Shown: in pieces, positions 13,200 through 27,900 of the stretch
How positions within the stretch are numbered: the stretch's first letter is position 1
Layout of the letters: the number at the start of each line of letters is the position of its first letter
Source: Ascidiella aspersa
Taxonomy: Eukaryota
Assembly (NCBI GenBank): GCA_963924565.1
Contig: OZ004607.1
Location: forward strand, 23,126,001-23,190,000
Direction: 5' to 3'
Length of the DNA: 64,000 nucleotides
Translations under genes and position numbers: made by a program
The notes under the pieces: model-generated
What the model was told of the DNA's origin: nothing
The model's input: the letters and a program-made list of their open reading frames with translations, nothing else
Database searches by the model: none

Positions 13200-15661
13200 C
13201 CTTTCAAAAGCGTACCGCGATTTTTTACACACAAGCAATTCTATCCTACAAACTTTTTTTTCCTATTTTCCTATACCGTATTTTTCCTATACTGTATGGG
13301 GCAAGATTTAAGGCCGTGTGTATTTCCATATGTTCAGTGGAAATCCATAAATTAAGTCAGCGGTGAATCTAACGAAATGGTCATAATAGAGCACTTGAAA
13401 CTTGCGTTATAGGTGTCCTCAGAAACGTCTTACAATTTTATTTTTTAGTTTTAGTAATCGCATTAAGCTTAAGTTATAAAATAAACTGCAAAATTGACGT
13501 AATTTTCATTTCGCGCCGAACAAAGTGTGTTAAAATATAACAAACAAAAGGGCGTCTTAAAAAGACTTCATAACCTAGGCGTTGAAAAAAAACAAAAACT
13601 TGTAGCAAATAATAAAAAAATCGATGGTTTTAACCTATTGTTTTACAGCCCTTACCCCTACAAGCAGCAGTAGTAATCCTAAACGAACCGGAACGGCGTT
13701 CTGGTAGATAAAAGTCTTTTTTTACAAGGCCATGTACATTTAAACCAGGTCTTTTTGTAATAATCCCTTTGAATGTACTAAACTAAAATTTCAGTTGCAT
13801 ATTTGTGCACTACACTTCCAAAAAAACAGCAGTTTTTTAAAGTTAACTTATTTTGGATGACCCGTTTAGACGTAAGTTTGTGACGTTATTTCTAAAAAAA
13901 ATGTTCCGGTAAAAACATGTTTGTTCAGGTAAGAACGTTTTTCTACTTTAACCCTGCATAGCACACACAACAACATGTGGTTGCATAGCTAGTTTTTCAG
14001 CTATACAAACTCTAATCGTCAATATACATCAAACCATTACCGATAAACGCGTTTAAATCTTTTTGCACGGAAAATAAAGAACCACCAACAGTTCTTATTG
14101 CGATTCGTTCGTTTATGGTTAGCTGGAGAATAGACAGTTATAGCAGTTAGCACATATATCTGTTTGTTAACATTTTTTTATTGGTAGCCAATAACACCAG
14201 AGTTAATAGTGCATCACTTTAGTCTGTAAATTTTGTATACGCATTTTACAGTACACTTTAAATGCACTATATTGTCTAGGCCTGACGGTTTCTGCTTTAT
14301 GATGCTACGTTACAAAAAGGCTTACTCTGTGCTGAATCACATCACTATTATGTCAAGTGCAGCAAATACCCTGGCAAAAAGACACTGAAGGGTTTTATTC
14401 GAGCACTTTCCATCTCTCAAGTCCTTCTCTTTAAAGCATCCTAGATATAACGCGTATAGGTCGTCAAAATCTGGTTTCAATCTAAATGTTTCTCAGACTG
14501 CTGACACTACGGCCATCAGAATTTTATTACCTCTCTACAAAGCGACCGTATAGTTTGGCTTCTGAACCTGGGCGATTGCGAAAACATCAGTGTGCGCCGG
14601 CTGCCTACTTTAAGTTCTTAGGACTGCAGCTACCGATCGAAAGCATAATGGTGACAAATCAATTTCAGCGTATTAGCAACCGGTTTACTTCCATTCATTT
14701 CCCACGACACAAATCCTTTCCTGAGCTTCTAAGGCCATTAGACAATATTGCATTCGCATTTAATCGCCTTTATTGTAATCACATGGCATAATCGAATGGG
14801 TGGCCAACCACCTTTGACGGTTTTTATAAATTGCATTTAGTGGGCGATGGGCCTAACATTGCCAGTAATTTTAGAAAGCCTTCAATTTTGAGTTACGTTT
14901 TAAAAAATGTTTCCCACATGCTATGAAGGTATAATACATAGTTTGGCGCCAGCAATATGGAATTGTTGAAATGCTTAAATGCGTTAACGAGTCATCCAAT
15001 TGAGATGGCACCGAATTAAAAAAATAAGGTGGCTAAACCTAGCCTATTTTTTGCACATTAGTATGCTATTTACAAAAAAACATTATATTTATTTAGTTTT
15101 ATACGGTATTTAATATAGGGCCTGGTGCAGTGGCGCAATGCTTTCTGTCGGTTTGGTAATTTAAAGCCCATGCTATCTCATTTCTTCTAAATAATGATAA
15201 AATATTCTAAAAAACAAAAATATCCCAAGCAAAGTCCACAAGTTTAATTCGACAGACCTTCGCTCAAACTAAAAATCTCTCATACTGGTTTTACGAATGC
15301 AATACATTGCTATTTTCGTCCATAACAAATTGCAGCTAAAAGCGTTTAACGTGGTACACCGAAAGCTTAAAATTGTAATTAATGCTAAATAATTTTGATA
15401 CCTTACGCTTGTTTCCCTAATTGTGTGACGCAAATTCACTATTACGTAACACAACATATGAATTTTCCCACGAGTGAAAATGTATCTCTCTACTGCCCTC
15501 CATCGTTTACTGCGAAGTATGACGAAGCGAATACAATCTGTTTTTTTTGGCAAATTAAGCACAACAAATATACAAAATTGAGACGAAACCATATCTATCA
15601 CGCCAAACTACCATGACGAATGTTGATTGTTTAACTTCAGTTAATATACTGCAATTAGGCC

Positions 15662-16513
15662 TTAGTCCTCTGCTACGGCATCCTTTTGCTTTCTTGAGGG
15701 TTTCTTTTTCAGGTTAGTTTTGTGCACAAATGCACCGAAGTCGCGTTCAAGGTTGCCAAAAGATGGACGCGGCGACAAACTTGCTGAAAAAACAGCATCC
15801 TGGCAACTGCAGTCATTTAAACTGCCTAAATCGAAAACATCGTCCTCAATGCAGTCACCGTCGTGTTGATAGATCGTTGATGTTCTTGGTACCAAATCAA
15901 AGTAGACTTTTCCGGCGTTTTTCTGATGCGAATCAGTGCCTTTTCCACTATTAGCCTGACTAGTCGCTGTTTTAACTTTGTTACAGGTTTGAAAGGATGA
16001 TTCATCGCATTCTGGTTCTTGATAACGCGATATGAGCGGTTTGGAATGTTTTTTGATACTATTGTTCCACCAGATTAGCTTAGTATTGTCATCCCCATAC
16101 CGCAAGGGTGCAGCCTTTTTTCGGAAAACCTGATAAGAATTAGTAGAACATTGAGCTTTAAAGTCGCCTCGGTCGAAAACGTGTCTATTCAGCTGGGAAA
16201 CTGACAATGCTGACGGTTGATATTTTTCCCTGGCGAGTACATTTTCACCAGTGGTACTTGGTTCCCGTTGAAGAGCGCTGGACTGGGTTAAAAGGTCCGT
16301 AGATAAACTGTTACTTTCCAACAAAAGTTCAGAATCTATTTTCTTTGGTTTTACTGTTGTAGGTTTAACGTTTGATGGTTTTCTGGACTTTTTGCATTTC
16401 AGAAAACATTTTAAAAAGCTTACACAGAATCCACTACGGACTGTTTCCGAACTGTCGTCCTTGTTCATAGGTAATGTTTTTGCCTTTTCACCTTTTAAAA
16501 ACCTGTGAGACAT
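15662..16513 (-). CDS. Uncharacterised 283-aa S/K-rich protein, single coding exon, no recognisable domain
   Basis: 852-bp ATG-to-TAA ORF, far longer than the background ORFs in this AT-rich sequence. Low-complexity, probably disordered composition. Confidence 0.65.
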   Translation of the reverse strand: MSHRFLKGEKAKTLPMNKDDSSETVRSGFCVSFLKCFLKCKKSRKPSNVKPTTVKPKKIDSELLLESNSLSTDLLTQSSALQREPSTTGENVLAREKYQPSALSVSQLNRHVFDRGDFKAQCSTNSYQVFRKKAAPLRYGDDNTKLIWWNNSIKKHSKPLISRYQEPECDESSFQTCNKVKTATSQANSGKGTDSHQKNAGKVYFDLVPRTSTIYQHDGDCIEDDVFDLGSLNDCSCQDAVFSASLSPRPSFGNLERDFGAFVHKTNLKKKPSRKQKDAVAED

Positions 16514-19500
16514 CAGCGTGCTTGTTAGTACTTTAGTTTTTTCAACTAGCTAGAATAATTATTATATATATAGATATTATTTTGTTCTAGAATAAGTACT
16601 AAACAAAATAGACGAAACCTATGCTGGTAAGGTATGGTCAACGTATCAAAAACATTTGTTTGCAGCCTACATTGGACATAGCTTTAACATGTCCCATTAC
16701 AGCTCTATACGTAAATGAATCCTTTCTCGTATATGAAAATGGCCTTGGGTCAGAGCAGCATGCAATTGAGACAAATCGGTTGCACTACAACAGATGTAAT
16801 ATAATTTACGGTTATAGCGTCATTATAAACGTTCTTTGTTACCCATGCTGGTACTGGTGGTTCTTTGTGACAAAAACCTAAAAAATACCGACATGACGGA
16901 CAACACAACAAAAAAGCCAATACAATTTTTTTTTTCCTAACAAAATTTTTAAATACATGCGTTCATTTGAAAAAAAGGGGTATGTAGCAACAGCCTAATT
17001 TAATAAAACAAGATGGAAGATCATACAAAAATTCACCGGACATTCTGAACACAAATCATGTTTATCGTGTTATACCTCCATCAGCAGCTTAAATATATCT
17101 CTCTTGGTCTACAAGCCACTCAAGCCACGCATGAAGTTACTTCTTAAAAAATCTACTCACTATCCGTCACTAAAGAGCAGTTATGAGCAAATTAATGTTC
17201 GTTTTGGAGGGTAAAACTTTAGCCCATCTGCTATGACTATAGTTTCAATTTTATGCCAATCTGCACAAACACCCACACAAAACCGACGTGTATAATATGG
17301 CCTTCCATAAATAAGAATGGTTTACTAATGACATGGTAATTCTAATTGAGACACAAAAAGTAAATTTGGACCATGGTATGGGCAATCTATAACCAGCGGG
17401 TCGGATTTTCCAAACTAGGCATTTCGGTTGCAAAGCTTTACAACCAAAGTGCGCTCGCATATCATGGAACTCTCAACTCAGTAATAAAGGTTTTTGCCAA
17501 CCTAGTCTACATAAATGTACTTTCTCGCGCTTTACGTGAAAATACTTGAAGGATTTATGATATAACACCGAGAGTATATCGACCCTAATCCAATTACAAA
17601 TAAAAACAATTAAATTTATATACATTTTTGCGCTTAGCGCGAACGCCTTTATTTTGTTTTCTACAACGTTAACTATACTTTTTTAATTACATATAATGCT
17701 GGATAAGATACTGCTTAAAAACATACTTTTTACCAAGAAAATTATCAGTAATTCTGGTTTTGCCCTTCAACTGTTGTAACGCAAATTCGTTTGTCTTCCG
17801 GCTATCTGCGAAATGCGTTTGGAAACTTTATTATGCAAATCTTAGTTTAATTGTTGTTCGTTAGTTGATACATTTAAAATTAAAAAAATGATGAACAGCG
17901 TAGATCTGTGCATACGGAACAACAGACTCTGGCGTTATCCTGTTGTAACAGAGATAAATGTGTAATATAAACATTTCCGGGGGTGATGCTTTATCTATTT
18001 TTTAAAAATTTAATTTAATTATGCCGTTATGTTTTCGATAACACATTTATGAAGACATAAAACATACTGTGCTGTGAATAGCGACAAAACAAATCTGTAA
18101 AACGGGGTTTTCGCGTGTAGCGCGAAAAATGTTTGCCGCAGTTACATTTTTAAAGTTGCAAAAAAAAGTTTTCTTGAGAGCCATGTCATGGTTTCCAACC
18201 CCTGTGCACAACTTAGATTTCCCGTATACTTAGAAATACACCTCATTGTTCTGACCAAACATAGCTGTAATCGATCGTAAAAGTTTAAAGGCGCCTATAA
18301 ACACCACAATTCATCTCCCCGCGGTTTTAAATGTTATTTCATTCAGGCAGGTTTAGGTCTTATTCCGAAGAATTTAGGTGTTGTTCCGTCGTAAATATTA
18401 GTGCGTACTTGGATGGTTGCTCTCTGCCGCTCCACGGGTTTGTGACATTTTTTTACTTATTGACCATACTTGGACATTTTGTAATAAGTCAGAAATTAAT
18501 CGCCTTAAATATGTGTGTTGTAAACTTTGCATTGTAAAATAGACCAAGTGGAAAAAGCTGTGTGATGCTATAACGTGCAAATAAAATTTAATGAAAACAA
18601 ACTACGACAATGTTGATGTTGCAGAGTCTAAATACAAGCTATGTATTAAGTGTGTATTTTTCGTTACATAACTTCTAGCAAGATAAAACATTTTTCAAAA
18701 AATTTTCCCGAAACATATTTAGTCCAACCAGAAACACAATCATGTGGGCAACAGAAGAACCCGCTTCACGGTGTTATATTGGGTTGGTTTGTTGTTTTCT
18801 TTTGGGTTTTGTTGCTATTCTTGCGTTTAAAATCTTTATATTTAGTGCGTCTCGGAAGGCGTTTCGCAACATAAACATGGGCATATACGGGTGGGTGGAA
18901 AACAGCATTATACGCAGCCGGGAAGATAACTGCATCGTATGGTTTGTAAACGCCATTGCTGTTTTACCGGTTAATTTATCATTTCGTGGATATGTAAACT
19001 TATAGTTAAGGGTATAGCAAAGGCCATATAGCACTTGTTTCTATTCTTTTCTTTAGTCATGATTATCAAACAGTGCGTTGTAGTCTGTGAATTTATTTGG
19101 GCCAAGACTCTCAGTAATCACAATTGTAAAAATGTTACAGTTCTGCTAAATTTCGCTAACAAAATCATCTTCAAGAATTACACACATTTTCACGCATGTA
19201 CAAAATGCTAAATCGGGTGAAAGTGCGGTTAAGCGTAATTCACGAGTTTAGTGCATTCCAGATTAAGTGTTGTAACACCACTTAGCAAAAATAACTAATA
19301 TGCTAGGCACAGATATATTGCCGTGACAGCCCCCGCATATATATCGGTGCCAAATATGTTGCTTCGCTTGTTGACGTCACAAACGCAACAAATGGCGTCA
19401 CGTGGTAACTTCCTCCACTTGAATGACGACGGATCTGCCGCACTAAAGAACGTGTGAGCGCCACTTGTGTCTGCTCCAAAATTGTTCCGAGCCGCAGTGA

Positions 19501-22181
19501 TTGACAAAACCAGCAGCATTATGTATAGAGAATATAGCTTGTAAACTTCAATTAAAGATTTAAATTGCCTGTTACAGTTCTTTACCATGATTGGCATACA
19601 CACTGCAATTGGTTGAGCAATATGTTGCCTAAATTGTAGTGCGAGAAAGTAGGCACTGACGATGCTTTGCAATCAATTGAATTTGTTGCAATAGACTGCT
19701 TGATAATCAGTAGGTCGAGTGATGTCAGAAAAGTCTGAATTTATATGACGGTTTTTGGTTTTATTGTTCAGCTGTATATAATGTTGTGAGCTTCGTTAAA
19801 GGCTGTTCATGACACACCATGTGACCCATAAAATAAACAAATAGAACACCAAGTTAAAAATTCAACGGAAACTCGTCAGCGGTGATCGACAGAAAGTTTA
19901 GTGGTTGACAGGGCTGAATCCGGTAGGGGTACCAGGCAATTGTTCTCTCGATAACCGTTTAGCGCATCTTCATTCGTTTTTTGTATGATATAGTCCATTT
20001 TAAGAAAATATATATTTTCTATTACAAACAAGATATAATTACACCGCTTACTGAAATAATTTCTCTCAAATATTAAAGAAATAATAAATGTTTATGTGAC
20101 GACAATCTTAAACAGTGTACACTTACGCTGTCGAATAACTGCAATTTCTATCATATTAACCCAGTTAGGTCAATTTTGCCGTTTAAGTGAGACGATAACG
20201 TCTTTGAAATATTGGCTTGTGCCGTGCATATAATATTTATTTAGATAGGACATTTTTGTGACCCTAATAATTAGTTCAGTGTTGAGCAATACCGCAACAC
20301 AGACAGACTCTGCGTCTGCTTATCCACACGCGGATCCCAGTAATCTCAACCAACTGGTCATCTGGTAGTCGCAGTAACAACTTACATGCCGGTTGTTTTA
20401 ACAATGGCACAAAGGGGAAAGCCAATTAGGCTGAGACGCTTCCGCCTGCTTTCATTATAGGACTTAAGTCACGGAGCCGGACGGCCTTGCCACACATAGG
20501 GCGGCAAGTTGTGAAATAGGCTGGCCATTTGCTTGCGTCTTCCACGCTGGTGATCCTTTGTTATTCGCCAGCAAAGTATTCTTATCCTGATCACACTGCC
20601 GTCGCTGCGTTTCTAAGCGATTACACGCTCTGCTAATTGCATACAGCATCGCAAGTTCTTTCGCGCATTACTAACGTGGAGTTTTTCTTGGATCATATTG
20701 AAAAGAGTCTTGCGTTTAAAGAACTCAAAAGTGTTTTAACTACAGTCAGTCGATAAGTCATCGCCGTTAAAAAAGCAATGCATTTACGGCAAGCGTTTAT
20801 TGAAACTTTAAAGTTTAATTGCAAAGTGCGATTCACAGGAGTTAGTTTTCATGGCGTTTTGGGCATCTTATTGTTTTTAAGTTACTTAAAAGGATGTTGA
20901 ATGTACAATAATTTCACCAAAATAATCTATTGGTTCAAATTTTAGCTTGTTACGATATTTAGTAAATGATACAGAGAAATCAGATAATATCAAACTTTTA
21001 AATGAACGCTAGATTTGTTTTTAGAAGATTAGAAAATAATTCTATTTTCCTAAATTTTCTCGATTACCCATCGTTAAATTAATTATTGTCAACGACGTGC
21101 GTGACTAAAGGATCTATCTAGTAAACAGGTGTAGGCGTGTTGAAGTGGGAGCCAAAATTTAAGTCCAAAAATGACCAAACCTGGGAGAAATGTTTGTTTG
21201 TGTAAATCGGCTTCATTCCTTGTCCGGTTTGGCTGCTGGTGTGTTTTGATCGACTTTAATTTGTCGTGGCAAGACGAGGCAAAAACGAATCACGTTCGGC
21301 GAAGAAATCAGCTCATTTACCAAGGTTAACACTAAGTTGTAGGCGAGGAATTTTTATCCCAAAGTTACATGTCGCAAAGATGGGCAGGGCAGCCCTTCTG
21401 AAAAACGCCGCCGCGTAAAAATGAATGTTAGTACGAAGTTTCCTACGCTGTTTTTTTTTGGTGAGCTCACGTTTTAAGATGCGAGGCAGAAGAAAAGTTT
21501 TGATCACTGGCGTACTCTGATGTGCCCGCTGAAGTTTTAAAATATATTTAAGCTGGTTATATTTTAATTAGGTTTATGTAGATATTGTTGCAACATTGTT
21601 CATGTTCTTGTTAAGCGCTAAAACTGTCAAAACAAGAAGGGAAATATCCACGATCCTACAGGTCAGTGTTGCAGTTTGTATAAATAAATATGATGGCCTT
21701 ACTGTAGGCTGCTATTATAATCGAAACAATGCAACAAAGATAAATCGATCGTCAATTTTACAGGAGCAACGTCGATACATTCATCGCACTCAGAAGGCCA
21801 TTGTCATCTAAACATGCTTAAACATTTGGTAAGTGGTTACCTAAGTGTCTAAACCGCCTAATTAGTCGTTGAATTGTGAAGTTCTGTTGCGTGTTCTCTT
21901 CGAATTCAACACATGGTCCATGGCGTTGTGTTTTTTTTAATTTGTTGCACTTGCAACGCAGTAAATATCCATGGGCACAATTGCGAAACACACTAAAGGT
22001 ACTACGGGGTTTTTGTTGGAACATGTTAAAGACTTTGAAGGTTTTTAAAAGAGTGGTGTGTGACGAACGATTAATAAGCTTCTGAGGAAACACAGGAACG
22101 TTAAAATACTTTTGAATTACGCCAATGCATCGTTCGTGATCTTGGTCTAAGTTACTCTAAGAAGTTCTATTAAAAAACTTG

Positions 22182-22239
22182 TTAAAATGACGGACGATCT
22201 GAACTTTAACTTAAAATGACGGACGATCTGAACTTTAAC
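22182..22239. repeat. Perfect 29-bp tandem duplication
   Basis: ttaaaatgacggacgatctgaactttaac x2. Confidence 0.95.
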
Positions 22240-22821
22240 GATATCGCGCTGAAAATGTCTCCTAGAAAATAGTGTGCTTAAAACATAATAACGTTGTCAA
22301 GTTTTCTAAAAGCATATAGTATTCTTACCAAGCGTAACGAAATAGGCATTTTAGGGCTGCTGTATAGCAGTTATTTTTTCTTCGCTATTATACTTATGGT
22401 CGTTGAGACTGAATCGCTGTTTATAAATTAATTGAAAGCTACCAAAATGGGATAGTGACGTTATACGTACGATTGTTAGCAAGGACCTATTAGAACAGAG
22501 GCGTTAACGTGGTCCGGCCCGTGACCCGAAATTTTGGGTCCGCACAGCCTTCGTCAAACTTAATAGGCCATTCAACCATTATATCATATGTTTTTGTTTT
22601 CAAGTTATTTTTACTTTGTGTTACGGTAAATCATATACTCTTTGATATATGATTTCTATACCAATTGATATTCATATAGTATCATTGATTGAAACTTCCA
22701 TTACCTTTAGCGTTGTTTAACTAGTCCCATTGTTTCACCATAGAGTGCATCTATCTGTTTATTTCTTTACACGATGTTATAAAAAGAAAAAGTGGTGAAA
22801 GAACTTATCTACAGCTTGTCA

Positions 22822-22864
22822 TAATGTCACAGTGTCACCCCCCTAATGTCACAGTGTCACCCCC
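22822..22864. repeat. 22-bp tandem duplication
   Basis: taatgtcacagtgtcaccccc(c) x2. Confidence 0.9.
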
Positions 22865-24784
22865 GCATATTTTTAATTCTATTTTGCTGTGTACTATTCC
22901 ACAGAAACGATGCTTTTAGCAAAGGTTTTTGTTCTTTTTAAGAATTGTATATTTTAAATTTGTATCTTAAAAATACGACCACCATTTTGTATTCGAGGTT
23001 GTCCCGCCTTTGAAAACAGTTTTGTACACCCCTGTGTTAAAAACTTTGCACTAAATGACAGGATTCATAAACTGTGTGCCTCAATAAATTATTGTGCCGC
23101 GAAACTGTTTGTAACTTTGAATTAACTTTTTCGTGTGACAAATAGGTGGTATGCAGGCAAATATGTAAGACTCGAATGCACATTATTCATCGTAATAGCT
23201 GTCAATATTAATCGTAATTCGGGGCGATTGTCAAATTATGACATTACTGTTTTGGAGGAAGAGTGTAGCAAATACACTTTTTCGTGAGGGAGTGAGGAAC
23301 CACCTATCTAATACCTTTAGTTTTATATTTCGTTATTTTTGTTTTTGCTAAATTCAGCCAGTCGCTGCAATTCCGAGTGTGAGCATTCTCTCGTTCTCGT
23401 TTGCCAATCAAGTGGATACGACCCGGATTTGCTGCGTTTGTTGTTGTTAAACGGCTTAACTCGTTCATTCTGGTTTGCCTTGGCGAAATGCCGTATGTTG
23501 CGCTTTTGATTTGTTTCAAATACGCGCGATGCACTTCTGATTTGTTTTATATATTACCAAATGACGCTTTTCTAACTTGCCCAAAAATAAAATATTGTTT
23601 TGGCGTGTTCAACAAAAATATATAAACAACTTACATACCACAACATCGGTACAACGTTTTTTGTATCAACAAAACCTATCTAAAAAAAGATAATTTAAAA
23701 GGAAATTTGTCTAAAAAGAAAAGTGCATTTAATTTCTTTCCCTAGCTTTGCGGCAAGATAGCGTGCTAGCTCGTAATCATTCGCACAGTCACGCCCGACA
23801 GCTGTTAATTCATTCCATCCGTAGTAAGGCAAGCCCATCCAGCCACTAATATGCGCCAATTTACTACCAGACCGTGCCTAACTTCCTTGTTTACCGTAAT
23901 TGAAAACTAATTAGACGACGTGAAGCGATTTAGGTATTTGGCACGTGTACGTGCGTGGGTTGATTTTAAGTTCAAGTTTAGCCTAGTTGGTGAAGTTTGA
24001 ATTGGAACCGACATTTTCCTTTTCTGCGTTTAACTTACGAATGATTCCTTATTCATTTGGCGTAGGTAGTTGATTAAACGATAGGTTAGTTTGACGTAAG
24101 TAAGTAATTGATATACAGTAACCACCGTCCTTGCGTGGTGTTTCACAAAAATAAAACGTGAACCAGTTTGACCAAGAGATAACAAAACCTTAGTTTTTAC
24201 AACAAAGTTGTAACACATTTCAACAAGATATGTAATTATCGGTGGATTTACCTATTTAAACTTTATAAACAATATGTTATGTTGACATGTGCACAAAACG
24301 AACAGTATATATGATTTAGCACTACAGTCCATCACCCAAAAACAGTCCATCACCGCAAAAAAATGGACAGTGGTGTAAGCGTGTGAAATACCTCACGATG
24401 TCGAAACTGAACCAACAAAGTAAAATAAATCTGTCTGAGTTGGCTTAAGAGTATACTGTAACGTTCAAAGGCGAACCATCGCAACTTCGCAAGACGCCTG
24501 TCATTCACCGCCGTTCTCACCCTCCAGTGCTGGTCGGGCAGTCGGCATTTTAATTGCGGCTGAGATTTATAGCGACTATAGTTTGGGGAGCGGAAAGAGC
24601 TTATGACGCTTGGTCGCTCGAAAAGGTGCGAAGGCAAGGCCAACTTTCTATATTCGATCGAGGCGACGTGTGAGGCTCAGGACAATTTGCTTATCGAAGA
24701 GTTCGCAGTCTAACCACCTATTTTCGGACGATGTGCTCTTAGCACGATCGCATTTAATTAGCAGACCGCTGAGTTATATTTATG

Positions 24785-24913
24785 GCCGACCGAACGTTAG
24801 TAAACGGTTTCTGTCGTAGGAATGGTTTGCATCGATCGCGACTTATAATAATTTGCCGACCAAGCGCTGGTAAACGGTTTCTGTCGTAGAATGGTTTACA
24901 TCGATCGTGGCTT
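24785..24913. repeat. Diverged tandem duplication, period ~70 bp
   Basis: gccgacc...gtaaacggtttctgtcgtag(g)aatggttt(g/a)catcgatcg repeated at 24785 and 24855. Confidence 0.85.
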
Positions 24914-27900
24914 GTTGATGTACGGATCAGCTGTTTACTTCGATAGACGAGCTCAGTCGGGCTGTTTTAGGTGTGTGTGGCAGTTGGGCGTTGTGCCTTG
25001 TTAAGAAAGTAAGAGCAGTCATAAACAAGTGGGCATTTTAGAGTATAATTCGCAAATGTTTGACATTCAAGCCCAGGGCCAGCAATTGTAGCCTAAAATG
25101 ATATCTATTTTATTTTTCCCACACTTATAGTCTACGTCAATTCTTTAGTTTAAAAATGTAGAAAAAGTAATAATATTTTTTTTGCCGTACGGTTTTGCTG
25201 ATTAAAAGCCTTAAAACCAAAACCTATTTCATGTAGCAGGCCGTGTGTTTTTTCAGTACGTTGTACCCAGCAATGATGACATTTGTCCAAGTGCCCTTAA
25301 GGCCGTTATCCTTTCTACTTGAGTTCTATGTTATTTGTTTAAACAGTTTATTAGGTTCGTTTTTGTACTGCTCAATGCTCAAACCCTCGCTGTTTGCTTG
25401 TTGTAAAAGAGCGTAAGTAAATAGAATCGCAATGAGACGCATCCTTTTCATATAAATACACACCTGAATAACAAACATAGCCTATATTGTTGTAAAAACT
25501 GAATTTCAATAATGATATTTTTAGTAAAATTTGCATGTTTATATTAAAATCAATTCGTTTAGGTAGATGCGTCATCAAAATATATTTATCTCATTTGTTT
25601 GTTCTATATAAATAAACATTGCTTCCTTTTCACTTTTAAATGAGATACCAACAATAAAATTGCCTGTATTTCATGTGATTTCAGTGTTGCTATTTTAATT
25701 GCACGAAAAGGTTCCGTTTGTATATTAGGATGATAAAAACTCAAATGCGCTATTTGTTATAGTATACTATACGTTGTACAACAGTTCACGCCAAATCGGT
25801 CCCACGAACGAGGTAGCTTAAGTACGCCGATTTAGATCTGAAAATTGCGAGGTATCATATACCTGACTATATAATTTCGATGTTTTTGACTCGAGTCATC
25901 CATTGCGACGGTGCTTTGCTCAACATTCTCGCGAGCTTTTTAAGTGTGGAATATTTCTCTGAACAACACGACTGTCAAAATGATTCTCAACTCGTTACGC
26001 ACGTCACGCTTGCATGGTTTAATTTTCGAAAGATTAGTTAATTTGAATGTCCTTTAGTGTTTCGTAAATACTGGCGGTATAAATGTGATTAAAAGTTATT
26101 GAGAGCCCGGAGCCCGGTGTTGTAAGACACGTCACTTAACGTCGATAAAAAATATTCTTGATACATTTTCGTAAAAATCTACGTGTAATGTGTGCACTTT
26201 GTTTAGAGAACGTCGCATGATTGTTACTTCTATAAAATTACGGCCATGTTGTACCGCCTGCAGGCCATGCCACTTTGTATAGGCATACTAAAGATAATAA
26301 AATAATACAGTTGCTGTGGATGTATGTGTAAGGATGTCATATATTGTAGGACGTTGGCTGCATAAATTTGTCTTTTATACGTTTTGGACATTTTTACACA
26401 TGCGATATTGGAAAAACAATTACGTTTTCTTGTTTGCATTTTTTGTAAAGGCAGTTACGAAACATAAAATGTACCTGTTAAAAAGCGAGCAGCGCTGTTG
26501 TCCGCCATACACGTGTTTGGAAATTCGTAGACATGCGCTTGTTTCCCGTTTAGTTAAAATATGCGCGACTCTAGTTGGTTGCTTGTAATTAAGCCCGCCG
26601 AGACTCGCTATCTGGTTTACAAGCTGTTGTTAGGAAGTGCGGTGCTCGAGATCTGCTCCCCGAAGACACGTCTGTTCGTCGTACATTTGCAAACTGTTAG
26701 CGGAAACGTGTAGAAAGTTAGTTGCACGGGTTCAGCAAACAACAACAGGTGGTTTTACCCTATGCTTCGATACTATTACGACGTATTGAAGTTCAATTGC
26801 CGATCCACTTACCTGTCCCAATCATATGGTTCGCCCGTAGGGTTCGAAATCTTTAGCGTCAATGGCCCAACGGAGTGCAATAGCCCATAAAGGGAACCTG
26901 TAAGCGAAGAATCGCCAGAATCAGCATGAGACAGTGAAAGAGTCTGCATGCCGAGTTTAGGTGGAGCCAAGTCGAAGTCGAAACTGTAATGCTACCCAAC
27001 GCGACCTGTAATTTAGATCACTTGTAACTGTCGGAGACTTCACGGCTGACGCCGCCTTCAATGATTGAGTTGTGATTAAAGTTCGGGGCTTTGCTTAAAA
27101 GTATAGGCCGCAGTTTATGTGTGGAATGGCATTGTGCTATAAATATATTGCTTTTTCAACAAGGAATATTTCGAATATATTTGCTATGCAGTTTTCCTAA
27201 TAGGACTTCAAGCAATAACTAAGAGTGTATATGGTAATATATCTCAATTTGTATTATGTCTAAATTTAAACTTAAGGTTATATTTGCTCCGAACAGAATG
27301 TGAATCAGTAAGTTAAAATGTTATTTTAATGCGTGTTCCTATTTGTTATTAAATTGTACGCCTTTATAATTTAGAGTTTAAGACATACTAAAAATAAGGT
27401 TATAAATTAGTAGGCAACCGGGAACAATTGCTGGACTTTTTCACTTAAATCTAAAGTTAACTTTCTAATTTGCATATTTAGTTCTTAGTATATTTTTCAA
27501 TGTTCACGTTGGTAAGGCTGAATATGTCAAGATACTGGAATATGTCTTTTTTTTTTTGTTCCTAAAAAAAATTAAACATTTAAGCCATAAATTATTGGGT
27601 TAAAAAACGAATTTAGGTAAGATTTAGATTTCGGTATTTTCTACTATACTTTAGTTTGAAATGAATTTGTAAGAATGGGGTGTACCTCGGAAATTACTTA
27701 TTTATATATTATCATGGAAAGGCTGGTGAGGCGGCAAGCAGTGGTTTAATCACACGTTGCTGAAAAATATAAACAGCGGCCAAACCGCAGATATAAGCCT
27801 GATTATGCCCAACGAAGATGTCAAAATCTTTTCTTTTTTTAAATTGGATCTCTATCAAACAATGGGTTAACGTTTAATGCTGTTGAGACTTGAACACAAC

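Noticed and set aside
26820-26897. ALRWAIDAKDFEPYG resembling Gypsy RNase H (ALKWAV.EKF..YLYG)
   Set aside because: Too short, bounded by a stop, and no RT or integrase remnants nearby.
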